A stretch of DNA of 64,000 bases, from NCBI RefSeq assembly GCF_009914755.1, contig NC_060927.1. The stretch is one strand, 5' to 3'. The position numbers were made by a program, and so were the translations under genes. This DNA comes from the human T2T-CHM13v2.0 reference genome, Homo sapiens. The notes below the pieces were generated by a model. It made no database searches. It was not told the DNA's origin and saw nothing but the letters and a program-made list of their open reading frames with translations. Shown here piece by piece: positions 47,431 through 60,865 of this stretch (the first letter of the stretch is position 1; every line of letters starts with the position of its first letter).

Positions 47431-48528
47431 CAGTTCTCCTGATAGAGGGTATGGTTCCATCCTAGCAGCTGAACTTGTGGCCCTTCTGTATTATCCCTAC
47501 CTTGTTGAGCCTAAAGGTTGCCACTCGGTGTGAAGAATGGACTACCCATGTGACTGAATCTATCATTTTCTATTTATAAGGTAAATGCAGAGATTTCAGA
47601 CTACAAAGTGACCTTCATAGGCCAATGGTGTTTCTGGAAACCTGTGAGCAGAAAAAGGACTTCCACTCTGAGGGGTGGCAGCATAGTCACTTGGCTGGGG
47701 CAACTGGTCTCTTTGGCAATAACTGCTTATCAGAGAGGTTCCCATGGCATCCAGGCCCTGCAGGGTGCTGTTGAGACCCTGTCAGGTGAGAACAAAATGG
47801 CAGTAGTGTGGCCCAGGCTCCCATACTGAGGACGGAAGGCACCAGAAGACAGTAGACACTGGTCCAAAACCTAGAGGTGTGCACAGCAGATGGAAAACTA
47901 CTTTCTGCCAGCAGAGGTGACATTTTCAGGGGGCTTCATGGCTTTAGTGAGAGAGAACCAAGGAACTGGAAAGGATGGACACTGTGGGTGGCCACACACA
48001 CAAACCTCGGCGACTGGCAAAATCATCTGAGGAGAATTGAATTGTTTCCTTGGCAAACGAAGTGGTTGAAGAACTATTTTTATGGCTGTTCTTATGATTC
48101 TGTGTTTCACTGTAGACTGGCACAGCCTAGAGAACATGCGCTATGGTTGTTATAAGGACAATCTACAAATATTACAAGTAATTTGGAGAAGAGAAAGAAA
48201 AGCACCTGTGATCCTATAACCCTGGCATGACTATCATCATTTTCACATAATCTCATTCATTGGAAAATAAACTTAATATGAGGTTGAATGAGCTGAGAGG
48301 ACCTTTTCACTTTACATGGGTCACGATTATTTTCAGTGTTTCTACATTGTCCTCATACTCATCACTTAAATAACTGCTTGATTAAATGGATGCACTTAAC
48401 TAATTCTATGTACATTAATTTCCTTAACAGCTACCCCTCACTGTGGAACACTTAGGTTGTTTCCACTTCTCTAATATTCTGAGTAAATGCAATGAACATC
48501 ATCAATGCTCCTCTTTTTCCTTCTTTGA

Positions 48529-48851
<323 letters not shown>

Positions 48852-49436
48852 ACCATTCTGGATTTTAACTGCAGCAAAAGAAATAGGGCTGGATGTGCAT
48901 GTGTGTGAGTGTGCGCGCGTTTGGGTGGGTGTACTTTAGTGCATACCACCACTCTCCACAGATGCCGTGCACGCTGCCAGCCATTTTTTTGTGTGAGTGC
49001 TCTGTTTTCCAATTTATGCCTATCTTGGGGGGACTTGGCCGTGTCACTGAGCCTGCTTTACTTCTCTGATTTTTAAAACAAATGGTCTGATGAAACTGCT
49101 TCTAAAGCCAGTCTGTGACCTGAGTAGCGGGGATCCTGACAGATTTTTCCCTAATTGATTAATTAATGAACTAATTAATTAAGTGAATATTTTCTGAGTA
49201 TCTACTATGTGCCAACCCTGTATTAAGTGTTAGGAATATAGCAATAAACACAGCAGATGAAAATCCCTGTCCTAATAGAGTTGACAGAACTTTGGTGTTC
49301 TGTATTCATTGGTGAGACAGAATCAATGAATAAATACATATACAATGTAATTCCAAGAGATGATAAACATGCGAAGAAAAGTAAAGCAGGGAAGGGGAGA
49401 GAGGGTAATGGAGGAAATTTTTGTTTCTTAAAAGAA

Positions 49437-49564
49437 TTTTTTTTTTTTTAGAAATAATGTCTCGCTATGTTGCCCAGGCTGGACTTCAACTTCTTGGCTC
49501 AAGTGATCCTCCCACCTCAGTCTCTCGAATAGCTGGGACTATAGGCATGGGCCATTGTGCCCAG
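49437..49564 (-). mobile_element. FLAM/Alu monomer within an L2 remnant
   Basis: Single reverse Alu arm with poly-T. Confidence 0.75.
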
Positions 49565-51768
49565 TTCAGAGGAACCTTTTCAGAGAGGATGGTCAGGACA
49601 GCCTCTTTGAGCAGGTAATTTTGGGGTTGAATGAGCTGACAGGTCCAGCCGTGCTTTTGGGAGGGAGAGTGAGCCGGGCAGAGGGAACAGTGGTGCGAAG
49701 GCTCTGACTTAGGAGTGAGTTTTGTGTTTTGAAGGAATAGCAAAGAATGCAGTGAGGCTGGAGTGAAGTGAGTGAAGAGGGCAGTGATGAGATGAAGTTA
49801 GAGAGGTGGGGGTGATGATGAGGCTGTCTGGGGGAGGTCTGTCCAGTGTGGGCCTTGGGGATGGTGGGGAGTCCAGGGCAGGTGCATTCTCATCTGGGAC
49901 CCCCTGATCCTAGTTCTGTGGGAAGATATAGATCAGAGCAGGAGACAGACACAAACAGATCATTTTACTATCTGGTGAGAGATGTTTTTGGAACCTAGAA
50001 CACAGGGGAAATTAGTGAGGCAACGATTTTCTCTCTTTCTGCTTGACTTCTGCTTTATTTATCTTCAGGACTAGCCATAATTTGAAGATGCTGGAAAAAA
50101 ATATTCACAGTCTCTGGAAATCTAGCAAAGTGATCAGGATTCTTTCCTTTGGCACTTCAAAGCAGAGTCAACAAAAAAAGCTGGGGGCGTTTTTTTGTGG
50201 TTATATGTTAAAAGTAAGAATGAACTTATACTGTCTTTCTTCCATTTTTCTTTCCTTATACCTGGGTTTGGCTGAGCCTGAGAGCAAAGATTGCCATTTG
50301 GGTTCAGTAGGTTGCTGACAAATTAAGTAAAGATTCCCTCATTTGTGGGTCAGATGTCTTACAGCCTGGTTTTGGTGAAGCAAATCTTGGGAGAGTGAAT
50401 CTTGTCCACCCTCTGGCTGCTGGCCACATGGAGATGTTAGTAATTGCGGGTCAGGGCAGGTCAGATCTCCTAAGCCAAAGGTCCAGAGGTATCAGCGAAT
50501 GCAGGGACTACCAGGCAATTCTTCATGTCTCAGCCTGGCAAGGAGTTAATTCCAGAGAAAGCTGCAGGTTCCGTCACTAATTCATTGTGTGATCTTGGGC
50601 AAGTTTATTATTTGTAAAATGGGAGTGGAGGTAGGGTAGGGTGTGGGCTGAGCCAGAGTGATAGCCATTGCTCTCTTCAGCTTTTAAATTCCAGTGGGTC
50701 AACAAAAAGGAAGCTTCTGAGCAACCTTAATTGGCAGAGCTGAGGACACAAACAGCAGGAATAGCTGTAGAGGGATATGGCCTGGGTGGAGTTCCTGCAA
50801 GCCCAAGGGATTCCAGGACAGCTAGCAGGAAAAGAATGGTTAGCGAGGGGAAGAGGGATGGAGGGGGAAAAGGTTGGGAGTGATCTTGCCTAGGATCACA
50901 CAGCTGGGTAGAGGAGGAGGAGGAGGAGGAGGAGGGCAGGGCAGCGGGCATGGCTTTGTGGTTGTGTGAGTTCTGGCCTCTTTAAAGTGGAGTTTAGGAG
51001 TGGCTGGCTTCTCTGTAAGAGTTGCTCAGCTTAGTTGCAGAAGCCTGATGTGGACCCCTGAGAAACGGCTGAGGAAGTCCTGGGTTTCATGTCCTGGTTC
51101 CAGGGACCCTGCAACAGCAGGTGGCATAGAGATAAGAGCAGGGCCCCTGCAGTTAAAAGGTGCTGTCCTAAATCCAGCATGGCACTGAAAGCATTAGGGG
51201 GACAGGTCTTTAGGCTCTCTGCCTCCCCTGCCCAGGGAGCTCCATCAGGCCCCCTCCAAGACTCCACACATGATCACACATGCTGATTCCACCTTCATTG
51301 TGTAGGTGCAGCTTCCAGACAAGGCTCAGAGGCCCTTCTCTGCCAGATGGTGGCTCTAAGTCCTTTCATAGAGAAGTTCCAGAACCAGCTGCTTATATCC
51401 TGGCACTGCCGTTTGTGGGCAGCATGTGCACCTCCAAGACACTTAACCTCTCTGAGCTCCTGTTTCCTCTTGGAGGAGTGGAATCATGATTACCTTGCAG
51501 GATTGGGACTGTCTCCTAGGTTGATGCTTGTGAGAATCTTTGTACAGCACCCAAGAGGAGGCCAGGAATGTTCTTTCCTTTCCCTTTCCTGCATTAGAAG
51601 AAGTTGTGAAAGGCTTGGAAGTGGGCAAAGGGGATGACTGGGTGTCCTTTCAGTGGAACACTGGGCATTTATCTGATGCTGCTGGGGTCTGTGTCTTTGA
51701 CTGGGTGACTTATAATCCCTGGAAAACTGATAGAAATGCAAACAATTCTTGCCTATCAAAACATAAGT

Positions 51769-52098
<330 letters not shown>

Positions 52099-53179
52099 CT
52101 AATGATACAAGTAACTTCTGTTATGGATAACAGATTATTCCAAACAGTGTAGTTTCTTGACCTATGGATATGAACCAGTTTTCTCTCTGTTAGCATTCCT
52201 GGCTGTCTACACATGTCTATCCTTCAGATTCTGCTTTGAAATGATTGTGACATCTTACTGGTTCCTTTATTAATTGATGAGTTAAATGATATCTTTGACA
52301 TATGTTCATTTTGTGTTGTATGAGTCATGACTTTACCTTTGAAAATGGTATTTTAACACCCACTTCCTTGATGATTCATAAATCAGTAATTTAGATCAGA
52401 CTTTCACCATCCATTCCCCACTGCTGATTCTATATTAAATTCCAAGTCCTTCACTCATCCCCCATCCCCAATACACAAACAGCACACACACACACACACA
52501 CAGGCACATAACCCCTATACACCCATAAAACTAGTGATTTTTGCAAGGGGAGGTGGCACTAAAAACCCAGGCATCTGGATATTTTAGACTGAATGGGGGT
52601 TGGATACCTAAGATATGAGGCAGCCTTGGAGACCAAGTGTAGGGACTGAATGAGGTGGTACCTCGGGAGGGACTAATATAGTGTTCCCTATTTGGAGTAA
52701 GTTTTACACTGAATCCCAACTTCAGCTCAAGTGAAAGAATTGTACTGACCAAGTCTTCCTGGGCCTCCCTCCCAGTGTCCTGTCCCCAACACTAAGGAAG
52801 GTGGCACTGAGTGCCAGTAGCGAGTGGTACCGGGCTGGGTAAGGTTTTAGATTTGCCAGTATTGTTTTCAATGTATTTCCCTTGGGGGCTGCCAGGTTCT
52901 GTTGCACTAGGCACCTGGGGCCTCTGCTGGACAAGGATCAGAGGGTCTTGGAGGCCTCAGCAGGAAGCATGGAAAGGTTGCACTGGGGGTGGTGGGTACT
53001 GGATCATCTCTGGGTGTCGCCTTGGACTATTTCCCCTCACTGATTTCTACAGCGAACCAACAGACAGATTGGCTTCTGCTCTGTATAACTACCAGAGTCT
53101 CCCCAGCACTTTGGAGTCCCACCAACTCCAAAACATGGCGGGGCTCAAGGAAAAGCGATTATAGGCTCTTATCTGCACC

Positions 53180-53325
53180 ACTGCAGCTCCAAGTGCGGTC
53201 TGCAACCAGCAGCATTGACATCACCTGGAGCTTGCTCAGGCTCCTGCCCAGACTTGTTGAATCAGAATGTGCAGTTTAACAAGATTCCCCGGGTGATTCC
53301 TGTGCACTCAGTTGGAGAAGTGCTA
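53180..53325. mobile_element. MER5A-like
   Basis: CAGCAGCATTGACATCACCTGGAGCTTG...GAATCAGAA...TTTAACAAGATTCCCCGGGTGATTC. Confidence 0.7.
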
Positions 53326-53819
53326 GAGTGATGAAGCTCCCGATAGCCTAGGAACATTAAGCCCTCCAGTCTGTGAATCTCCTTAGCTGGGGCATAAGGG
53401 GCAGTCACTTTCACTCTTCAGAGCCTGTTTCCTCATCTGTAAAGAAAGGATGATAACTTCTGTGCCACAGAGCCATGGAGTGATCAAATGTATGCAAAAC
53501 CATGGCCAGTTACTGCCTGTAACTTGTTTAAAGGCCAAGAGAACCCCAAGGAAACCCTGATGGGAGTAGGATTGGTAAATAAGATCGGGGATCAGGGTGG
53601 CCAGGGCTGGGCTCTGGAGTTGCCCACAGATGGCCCTTTCACTGTCCACCTGGCCTGTAGCAAAGTTAGCTCCAAGTCTGAGCTGCATTTCCCAAGCCCT
53701 TTCTGGGGACATCTACTACAAGGATTTGTCCCAGTGTAGCATCTATCAGGCTTCCCTCCTTGCATGTTCTGAGGACCAAATGGAGCCCTTTGCCCTCAGT
53801 AGACGCAGGGAACGACAGG

Positions 53820-54092
53820 GCAGAATGAAATCACTTTAATAGCATAACAACATTTTCAGACCAGGAGTCACAGATGAAGAAAACATTTTGTCTTCCATTT
53901 GCACAATTCTGGTGAGGTGTGTGGTTGCACTGGACAATCTTACAGACACATTTTTCACATTGAGAACTTAATAAATAGATACATACAATGTCAAACTCCA
54001 CAGACAATGAGTTATGAGTGTGATTGTTTTCTTATTCTGCCTCCTCTGGGTTGGGAGGTTGCTTCCCGTTGGGCTGATGGCGGCTGGGTCCT
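53820..54092 (-). other. CCK: CCK 3'UTR
   Basis: Follows the stop codon; ATTAAA on the - strand at 53835-53840. Confidence 0.8.
53835..53840 (-). terminator. CCK: CCK poly(A) signal (ATTAAA)
   Basis: Plus-strand tttaat about 250 nt past the stop codon. Confidence 0.8.
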
Positions 54093-54226
54093 CTAGGAGG
54101 GGTACTCATACTCCTCGGCACTGCGACGGCCAAAATCCATCCAGCCCATGTAGTCCCGGTCACTTATCCTGTGGCTGGGGTCCAGGTTCTGCAGGTTCTT
54201 AACGATGGACATTCGTCCAGAAGGAG
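54093..54226 (-). CDS. CCK: CCK last coding exon (CCK-33/CCK-8 and amidation signal)
   Basis: Acceptor ttgtag|CTCC; (A)[43 protein letters not shown]; CCK-8 DYMGWMDF at 54132-54155 followed by G-RR; 214+134=348 nt = 115 aa plus stop. Confidence 0.98.
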
Positions 54227-54742
54227 CTACAAGGAGCAGGGAGGAAGGAAACAGGGACATTGCATCTAAAAGCATCTCTAGTTCAATTTGGGAAGGAGAG
54301 CAATGGAAAAAGCCAGACGCAATATAACAGACACCACCTTAAAGGTATCAAAGAGCTATCAAAGTAGTGGAACTGATGGACCAAAATCTGAGAGAGGAGA
54401 AGGACCAATGTCTGTGTAACTGGAGAGAGGACAATATATTTACAAGTTAGGGGTGTGCTTTGCGTTCTGCAAGTATTTAGGTGGATTCATTTTCTCTAGC
54501 CTTGCAGTCTGGGGACTTGCCTAGATTTTCCTTAGTCTCCCTACCGTTTGCTTTCTTTTGGTAGATGGGTGTTTTCCTTTTGTAGATGGCATCAGCAGAA
54601 ACCAACCAAAGATTTTTCCAGTACTTAATTGTTCCTAAATTCATCCCTTAATATCCATCAACATTCCTGACTCCTGGAGAGCTCTTGTTATTAAGGTGGC
54701 ACAATTATAATATCTTGATGTTGGAATGGTTAAAAAAAAATC

Positions 54743-55351
54743 GTTGGTGGGAGTGTAAATTAGTTCAACCATTGTGGAAGACAGTGTGGCAATCCCTCAA
54801 GGATCTAGAACCAGAAATACCATATGACCCAGCAATCCCATTACTGGGTATATACCCAAAGGATTATAAACCATTCTGCTATAAAGACACATGCACATGT
54901 ACGTTTACTGCAGCACTATTCACAATAGCAAAGACTTGGAACCAATCTAAATGCCCATCAATGATAGACTGGATAAAGAAAATGTGGCACATTTACACCA
55001 TGGAGTACTATGCAGCCATAAAAAGGATGCGTTCATGTCCTTTGCAGGGACATGGATGAAGCTGGAAACCATCATTCTCAGCAAACTAACACAGGAACAG
55101 AAGACCAAACACCGCATGTTCTCACTCATAAGTGGAAGTTGAACAATGAGAATACATGGACACAGGGAGGGGAACATCACACACCAGGGCCTATCGGGGG
55201 GTGGGGGTTAGGGGAGGGATAGCATTAGGGGAAATACCTAATGTAGATGACTGGTTGATGGGTGCAGCAAACCACCATGGCATGTGTATACCTATGTAAC
55301 AAACCTGCATGTTCTGCACATGTACCCCAGAACTTAAAGTATAATAAAAAA
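54743..55351 (+). mobile_element. 5'-truncated L1PA 3' end (L1PA7/8-like), antisense in CCK intron 2
   Basis: ORF2 C-terminal remnant ([11 protein letters not shown]...) plus 3'UTR and A-rich tail. Confidence 0.88.
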
Positions 55352-56150
55352 TAGATAAATAAAGCTCCTTTGCTACATAAATACTCTTTTAAAAATATGA
55401 ATTTGAAAGTTATATTCAGAAAGCTTTTGTCATTTATCAGTAAGTGTTTTGAGTTGATGATCATTTTATTTTTAATGATAAATCAATATCAATTAAAAAT
55501 GATATTCAGAAAAAGACTGTCGGATTAAATCTTGGCACCTCAGTAAGACTCAAAGAAGGGGGGGAGAGAGGTGATAACAAAGGTGATTTAAATCAGCAAT
55601 TTTGACCAAAATGCAATAACTGAACCTGAAATTGTCCCATTGGGATGGAAGTTAAGTCTTCAGGAACAGTGTGATCCTTTTGTAGAGCTCACACTGAGTG
55701 AGCAGGGACATGAAGAGGCAGTTTATTTGGAGACATGAGACAGTCCTAGCTCAAAGTTCATAGACAGAAGCCTCCTGGGGTATGAAATCAGCAGAACACC
55801 TTCTCCTGTGCAAGCTCAGTCTTAAGAAAGGCCCTTCAGGGACTTCAATGGACAAAGCCCAGGCCAAATCAAGGGTAGAGGAGTGGAGGACCACTCAATG
55901 ACTCCCACTGTGTTGGGGGCCACTGTATCCCCACCTCCTGTCATGCTGGTCTATATCCCTTCTGCATGAGGCTGCCCTTGCCAGCTCCTACCCATAGGCT
56001 GAGTAGAGTCAGACTATGGCTTATGTGTTGATAAATGAAAATGCAAAGGCAGTTACCCTGGGTAATGAAATTAAGCAAGTTTAATTAAAAACAGAAACAA
56101 CACAGAACAACGTCCCCACCCTTTCTCTCCCCAACCCCAACCCTTCCCAG

Positions 56151-56223
56151 TTTTGGAACCAACAGTCAATTCAGCACATTTCAGGTCTTTTTGCAGATAT
56201 CCTCAGCCTACGTAGAAGAAAAA
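56151..56223 (+). repeat. Local direct duplication A, copy 1 (copy 2 at 57637-57708)
   Basis: TTTTGGAACCAA...CTTTTTGCAGATATCCTCAGCCTAC.TAGAAGAAAAA present in both copies. Confidence 0.9.
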
Positions 56224-56611
56224 TAGCCCCTGCTATTTAATTGTTCATCATTCAGGTGAAATATTACCCTTGAATTCAGGAAAACCTATAGACCCAGTTA
56301 CCTGTACACAGTCACATGGAAACATGACCCATCCTTCTGCCTGCTGTGATGATGAGTGCCCACTCTAAGGCCTGGGCACAACCCAAATTTCCATCTAATG
56401 GAAGCAAGGTGACAGCTTCAATACGAGCAAGCAGCCTCAGTTAACGGTGGGGGCACCATGTTCAGTCATGGAAGCTGCATTTATCACACACCCTGACTTC
56501 CCCGTTCCACGTACAGTTCTGTCCTCATGTCATGTGTATTTACCAGGGTCCTCACTCACTTTCCCAGTGCTGACATAGAGTAGGGGCTTACATCTGATGT
56601 ATGGAATTGAT

Positions 56612-56811
56612 CAAAGCCTGATTCCTATGGGCCACAAGAGATGGACGGGCCTCCCTCTGAATCACACAAAGAATTGGAAGGGGCTTATTGGAAAGCTAGC
56701 CTCGGGACTGTCTGCATGTCACTCAGCTAGTGGGCTGCTGAATCACCTTATTCCTGGAGAAAGACTTTGGTGCTGAGAAAACAGTGACTTTCTTAGCTCT
56801 TGCTAAAACTG
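56612..56811 (+). repeat. Local direct duplication B, copy 1 (copy 2 at 58635-58837)
   Basis: About 200-nt high-identity direct repeat. Confidence 0.92.
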
Positions 56812-58208
56812 AAGGGTTTAGCTCTTTTAAACTTTAAAATGTGGAATAGGCAGTACAGCTAGGAAGCTGAATGGCTTCCAGGCCCTCCTGGGGGGAGCAG
56901 GACTAGATAGAGTCTCAGCCCTGCTGTTGCGTAGATATGCAACTGCATGTAGGTTACTCAGGCTTTTAGAGCCCCAGCTTCCACACTGGCAAAATGGGTA
57001 TAATAATATTCACTGTGCAGGGCTGTTGTACTGAGAAAGACAATATAGATGTAGCATTGAAGCTTTGCTGGGCATGGGGGAGGCGCACACTAAATGCCTC
57101 TAGATATCTTTACCCACTGCCCTCCAATAGAATTGTTTCTTCTTGGGCCATTGAAAGTGCTGCAGATATTTCCTAATGATAAACTCTTAAGTACTGCTCA
57201 AAGAATGCATTGTCTTGTTTAGAACTTTTAAGAATAATATATACTATAGTGGAGCAAAAATCTGATATGATCTCAAAATATGTAAAATATTCAAAATATG
57301 TAAAATATTCTATATACTGCACATATAGAAACTGTGCAGTATCTATATGTGTAAGTATTTAGTCCTAGTTCATGTTTGTCACATAGAAGAGTTTGCTTGT
57401 TTTTTAGCTAGAGTTGATCCTAGGTGTTGGCATCTAAATTTCCAAGTGATTGCTATTCCCTCCTGGGTTTGTTTGGCACAATTGGCTGAAGGCAAAGGGA
57501 GAGGGGGGCTGAGAAGAGGGACTAGAAAGAACTTTCCAGCTAAGATTTATGCTATAAGAGCCATTGTCTAGTATTGTTTCTAGGAAATAATTTGGTAATG
57601 AGCTTTTTTTTTTTTTCTTTTTTTTCCCTAGAGCAATTTTGGAACCAAGACTCAATTCGGCACATTTCAGGCCTTTTTGCAGATATCCTCAGCCTACATA
57701 GAAGAAAAACCAGGGTCTTTCCTAAATTGGAGGAGGGGAGTCCAGGTCCACAGTTAAATGAAAAGCCTAGGATATTTCAGACTGGTCTGGCTGAAATTCA
57801 GCCTGTATCTGGGGCCAGATACTAAATTATTTTCAGGCAGAGAATCAGCAGGAACTCAAAAGCTTTCAGACTTTCTCTCTCCATCTGAGAAGTATTTCTA
57901 TCTTTTTCAATTTAATTAGCAGGAAAGCAAAACACAAGGTGGTGGGTGGGGCAATTTCCCAAAGACAGGAAGAAATACAACAAATCACTGATTTGTTCTT
58001 TCCTTCTGAAGCCTCTGGGTCAGAGTTCCAGTCTTCCCTTCATGTGAACCCACAGAAGAACTCTGCAGAGCCAAAACTCTTCATCTTATCCCTCTCTGGT
58101 CAAGCCAGGGGTTAAGGTTCAAATCCAGGCCCTGGAACACCAGTTGGGTAAGAGAGCTTCATGGAAAAGGCAACACACCTACCACATCCCTTCCAGCAGT
58201 GTTTGCTA

Positions 58209-58518
<310 letters not shown>

Positions 58519-58634
58519 TGCTGAATTCTTTTAATGTCCAGCTGTGTTTGTACTGTTCAGCACACTGCTCCACAGCCGGTGTTCATCATTAGTGTCACTG
58601 GGGATAAAGTTGGCAGAAAAAAGCTGCCCCAATC

Positions 58635-58837
58635 CAAAGCATGATTCCTATGGGTCACAAGAGATGAATGGGCCTCCCTCTGAATCACACAAAGAATTGG
58701 AAGGAGCTTAGGGGAAAGCTAGCCTCAGGTCAGAATTGCCTGCATGCCACTCGGCTAGTGAGCTGCTGAATCACCTTATTCCTGGAGAAAGACTTTGATG
58801 CTGAGAAAACTGACTTGCTCAGCTCTTGCTACAACTG
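58635..58837 (+). repeat. Local direct duplication B, copy 2
   Basis: Shares GGGCCTCCCTCTGAATCACACAAAGAATTGGAAGG and GCTGCTGAATCACCTTATTCCTGGAGAAAGACTTTG with copy 1. Confidence 0.92.
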
Positions 58838-59415
58838 TGACCATCTCTGCAACAGTAAAGTAAAAACAAATACCTCTCTTGTTGGGTAATAATTTGTAAG
58901 TCATTGCAAGGAGAACACAAAACTGCTGCTGATTCTTTCCTTCTGTTACATACTTTGGTGGAAATGGACACATTGTCACTGCTTTTTTAAACTGTTGTAG
59001 CCAGATCTCAGGCATTCTCAGCATTGACCCCTTCCTGCTAGAGGATTTCCAAGGGTTGGTATCTGGGTGGCTCCAAGGTCCTTTGCGTTTTCAGTAGAGG
59101 GTATTCACTGTATCTAGGAACCCTTTCCTAGGCTTCAATAATTATCTTTTAATGGCTTGGTAAAATGGTGTTGAACTTAATCAGCAACACTGCTAAAAAT
59201 TAGTTCAAAGAAAGCTTTTCAAGAAGGTTCCCCTTACTTATAAATTAAGTCCTCCATACCCCTTCTCAGATTGCTACAAAGGACCGCCAGAAATCATGTT
59301 GCTTGTTTCCTACCGAGAGAGGTCATCCCCATCAGGCTAGCGCTAGAGAAGAGGGTCAGCATCGGGAGCCTGGGAACAAGGGCAGAAGTGAGGGATGGGG
59401 AGGCAGCATTCTTAC

Positions 59416-59629
59416 CTTTCCGGGCCTGCTGGATGTATCTTGCCAGCAGGGCGCCCAGGTGCGCTCGGGACTCGCCATCCGTTCTCTGCGATACCCTCAG
59501 CTGCCTACGGGGCGCCTCCTCTGCCCGCTGCAGCCCGGAGCCCGCGGGATCTGCGGGAGGCACCGGCTGCGTCAGGGCGCCAGCCGCCAGTACCGCCATC
59601 AGCACGCACAGGCACACGCCGCTGTTCAT
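59416..59629 (-). CDS. CCK: CCK preprocholecystokinin, first coding exon (signal peptide and pro-region)
   Basis: Acceptor cctacag|CCATG; MNSGVCLCVLMAVLAAGALTQPVPP...LARYIQQARK; donor AAAG|gtaag; 214 nt. Confidence 0.98.
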
Positions 59630-60694
59630 GGCTGTAGGGAGCAAAGGAGGAGGGCGCGTTAACTGAAAGGCTGGGCAACAGAGCTCCTGCGGCGGGCCGG
59701 GCACCCAGAAGCGGGCTTAGGACAAACACAGGTGCTCCAGACCCGCCAGGCCGCCGCAAGCACGAGGGCTCGCCAAGCGCTGACCCCAGCCGAGTGCCAT
59801 GGCGCGCGCCCCCGGGCGCACCTGGCTGGTCTTTGGGAACTCCTCACCCAGCGCCAAGGGGCAGAGACCCTGTTTTCTGCCGTGTTGAGCAGAAGGAATG
59901 TTTTTGCTTTCCTAAAGTTTGAGGAAGTGTTTGCAGAGTGCCTCTCTTCTAACCGAAAGAAGAAAAATAAAACCCCACGAGATTAAAAATAGTGTGAAAA
60001 AAATATCCTAAAGGGAAGACTCCGTGGGAGAAATGAGAACCCTGGGGAAAGCACTTTTCCAGATAGCTAACAAGCTTTCAATATGGAAATACAGTAAATG
60101 ATGAAAAAGAGAAGCACAGTTTAAAATGTAGGAGCAATAAATAAAGCCGTATTTATAAAGTTTTCTCAAAGTGTACGTGGGAAATGGCAATAAGCCACTA
60201 CGCAGAACATAGGCAGGTTTTAAAATCAGAAATATGTGCCCAGCGCTCAGGCTTCGAAAGCCCTGTGCATTTTAGATCGCTAGTGGATAAAACACCCTCA
60301 AGTTTCTATCCGTAAAGCCTCGAAATTTTCTGCAGTATTTAGAAAATGAATTTAAATCTTAAAACCCTCTAATATTTTATTAGAAAAGATTGCAAAGTCC
60401 CCCGCACCGCTGTGTAACAGCTAGCAAACTCAATCTGCATGCGAATCTTAGCGAATGGGTAGTTCATCCCTTAATGATGCTGGCGTATGAAAGGCTCTAA
60501 AGCAGCTCTACCCACCCAGACCTCACTTTTAGACCCAGAGCCGTTATTTCTGACTTCAAGAAATGTCTTTCGAGCTCTCGGAGGGAAGACACAGAAAATA
60601 GAAAAGCATAATGGAAATGGGCACAAAGCTGAAGACAGCATCCTTCAAAGACACACGACACTTGGATCCCCCGCTGACGAACCGAGGGACCTAC

Positions 60695-60765
60695 CTTTTG
60701 GATTAGGACGCAGCTGGCTTGGCGTTTCCAACCGGAGCAGCCCGGCAGCTGAGCCAAGTTCAGGG
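60695..60765 (-). other. CCK: CCK non-coding exon 1 (5' end approximate)
   Basis: Donor CCAAAAG|gtaggt; splicing to 59631 gives ...CCAAAAGCCATG; TATA-like element about 30 nt upstream. Confidence 0.85.
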
Positions 60766-60784
60766 AGGACCAGCGGGCGGCTGT

Positions 60785-60865
60785 CTCTTAAATAGCCCCG
60801 CCCGGCGGCGTCGGCCAGTCATGTATTTACCCAACGCTGACGCAGACTGGCAGTAACACGTGCTC
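60785..60865 (-). promoter_or_regulatory. CCK: CCK proximal promoter: TATA-like TATTTAA (60788-60794), GC box (~60796-60803), CRE/TRE CTGCGTCA (60838-60845), E-box CACGTG (60857-60862)
   Basis: Motifs read directly; order and spacing match the described human CCK promoter. Confidence 0.88.

Noticed and set aside
57272-57310. 18-bp tandem duplication (also short tandem copies at ~14340-14380, ~33633-33662, ~2662-2686)
   Set aside because: Ordinary replication-slippage duplications with no sign of function
58555-58580. REST/RE1 site in CCK intron (TTCAGCAC...)
   Set aside because: Only the left half-site matches; the GGACAG right half and spacing are wrong
59294-59704. 136-aa ORF extending CCK exon 2 at both ends
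   Set aside because: Flanks are intronic; canonical splice sites bound the true exon and the upstream start is not ATG
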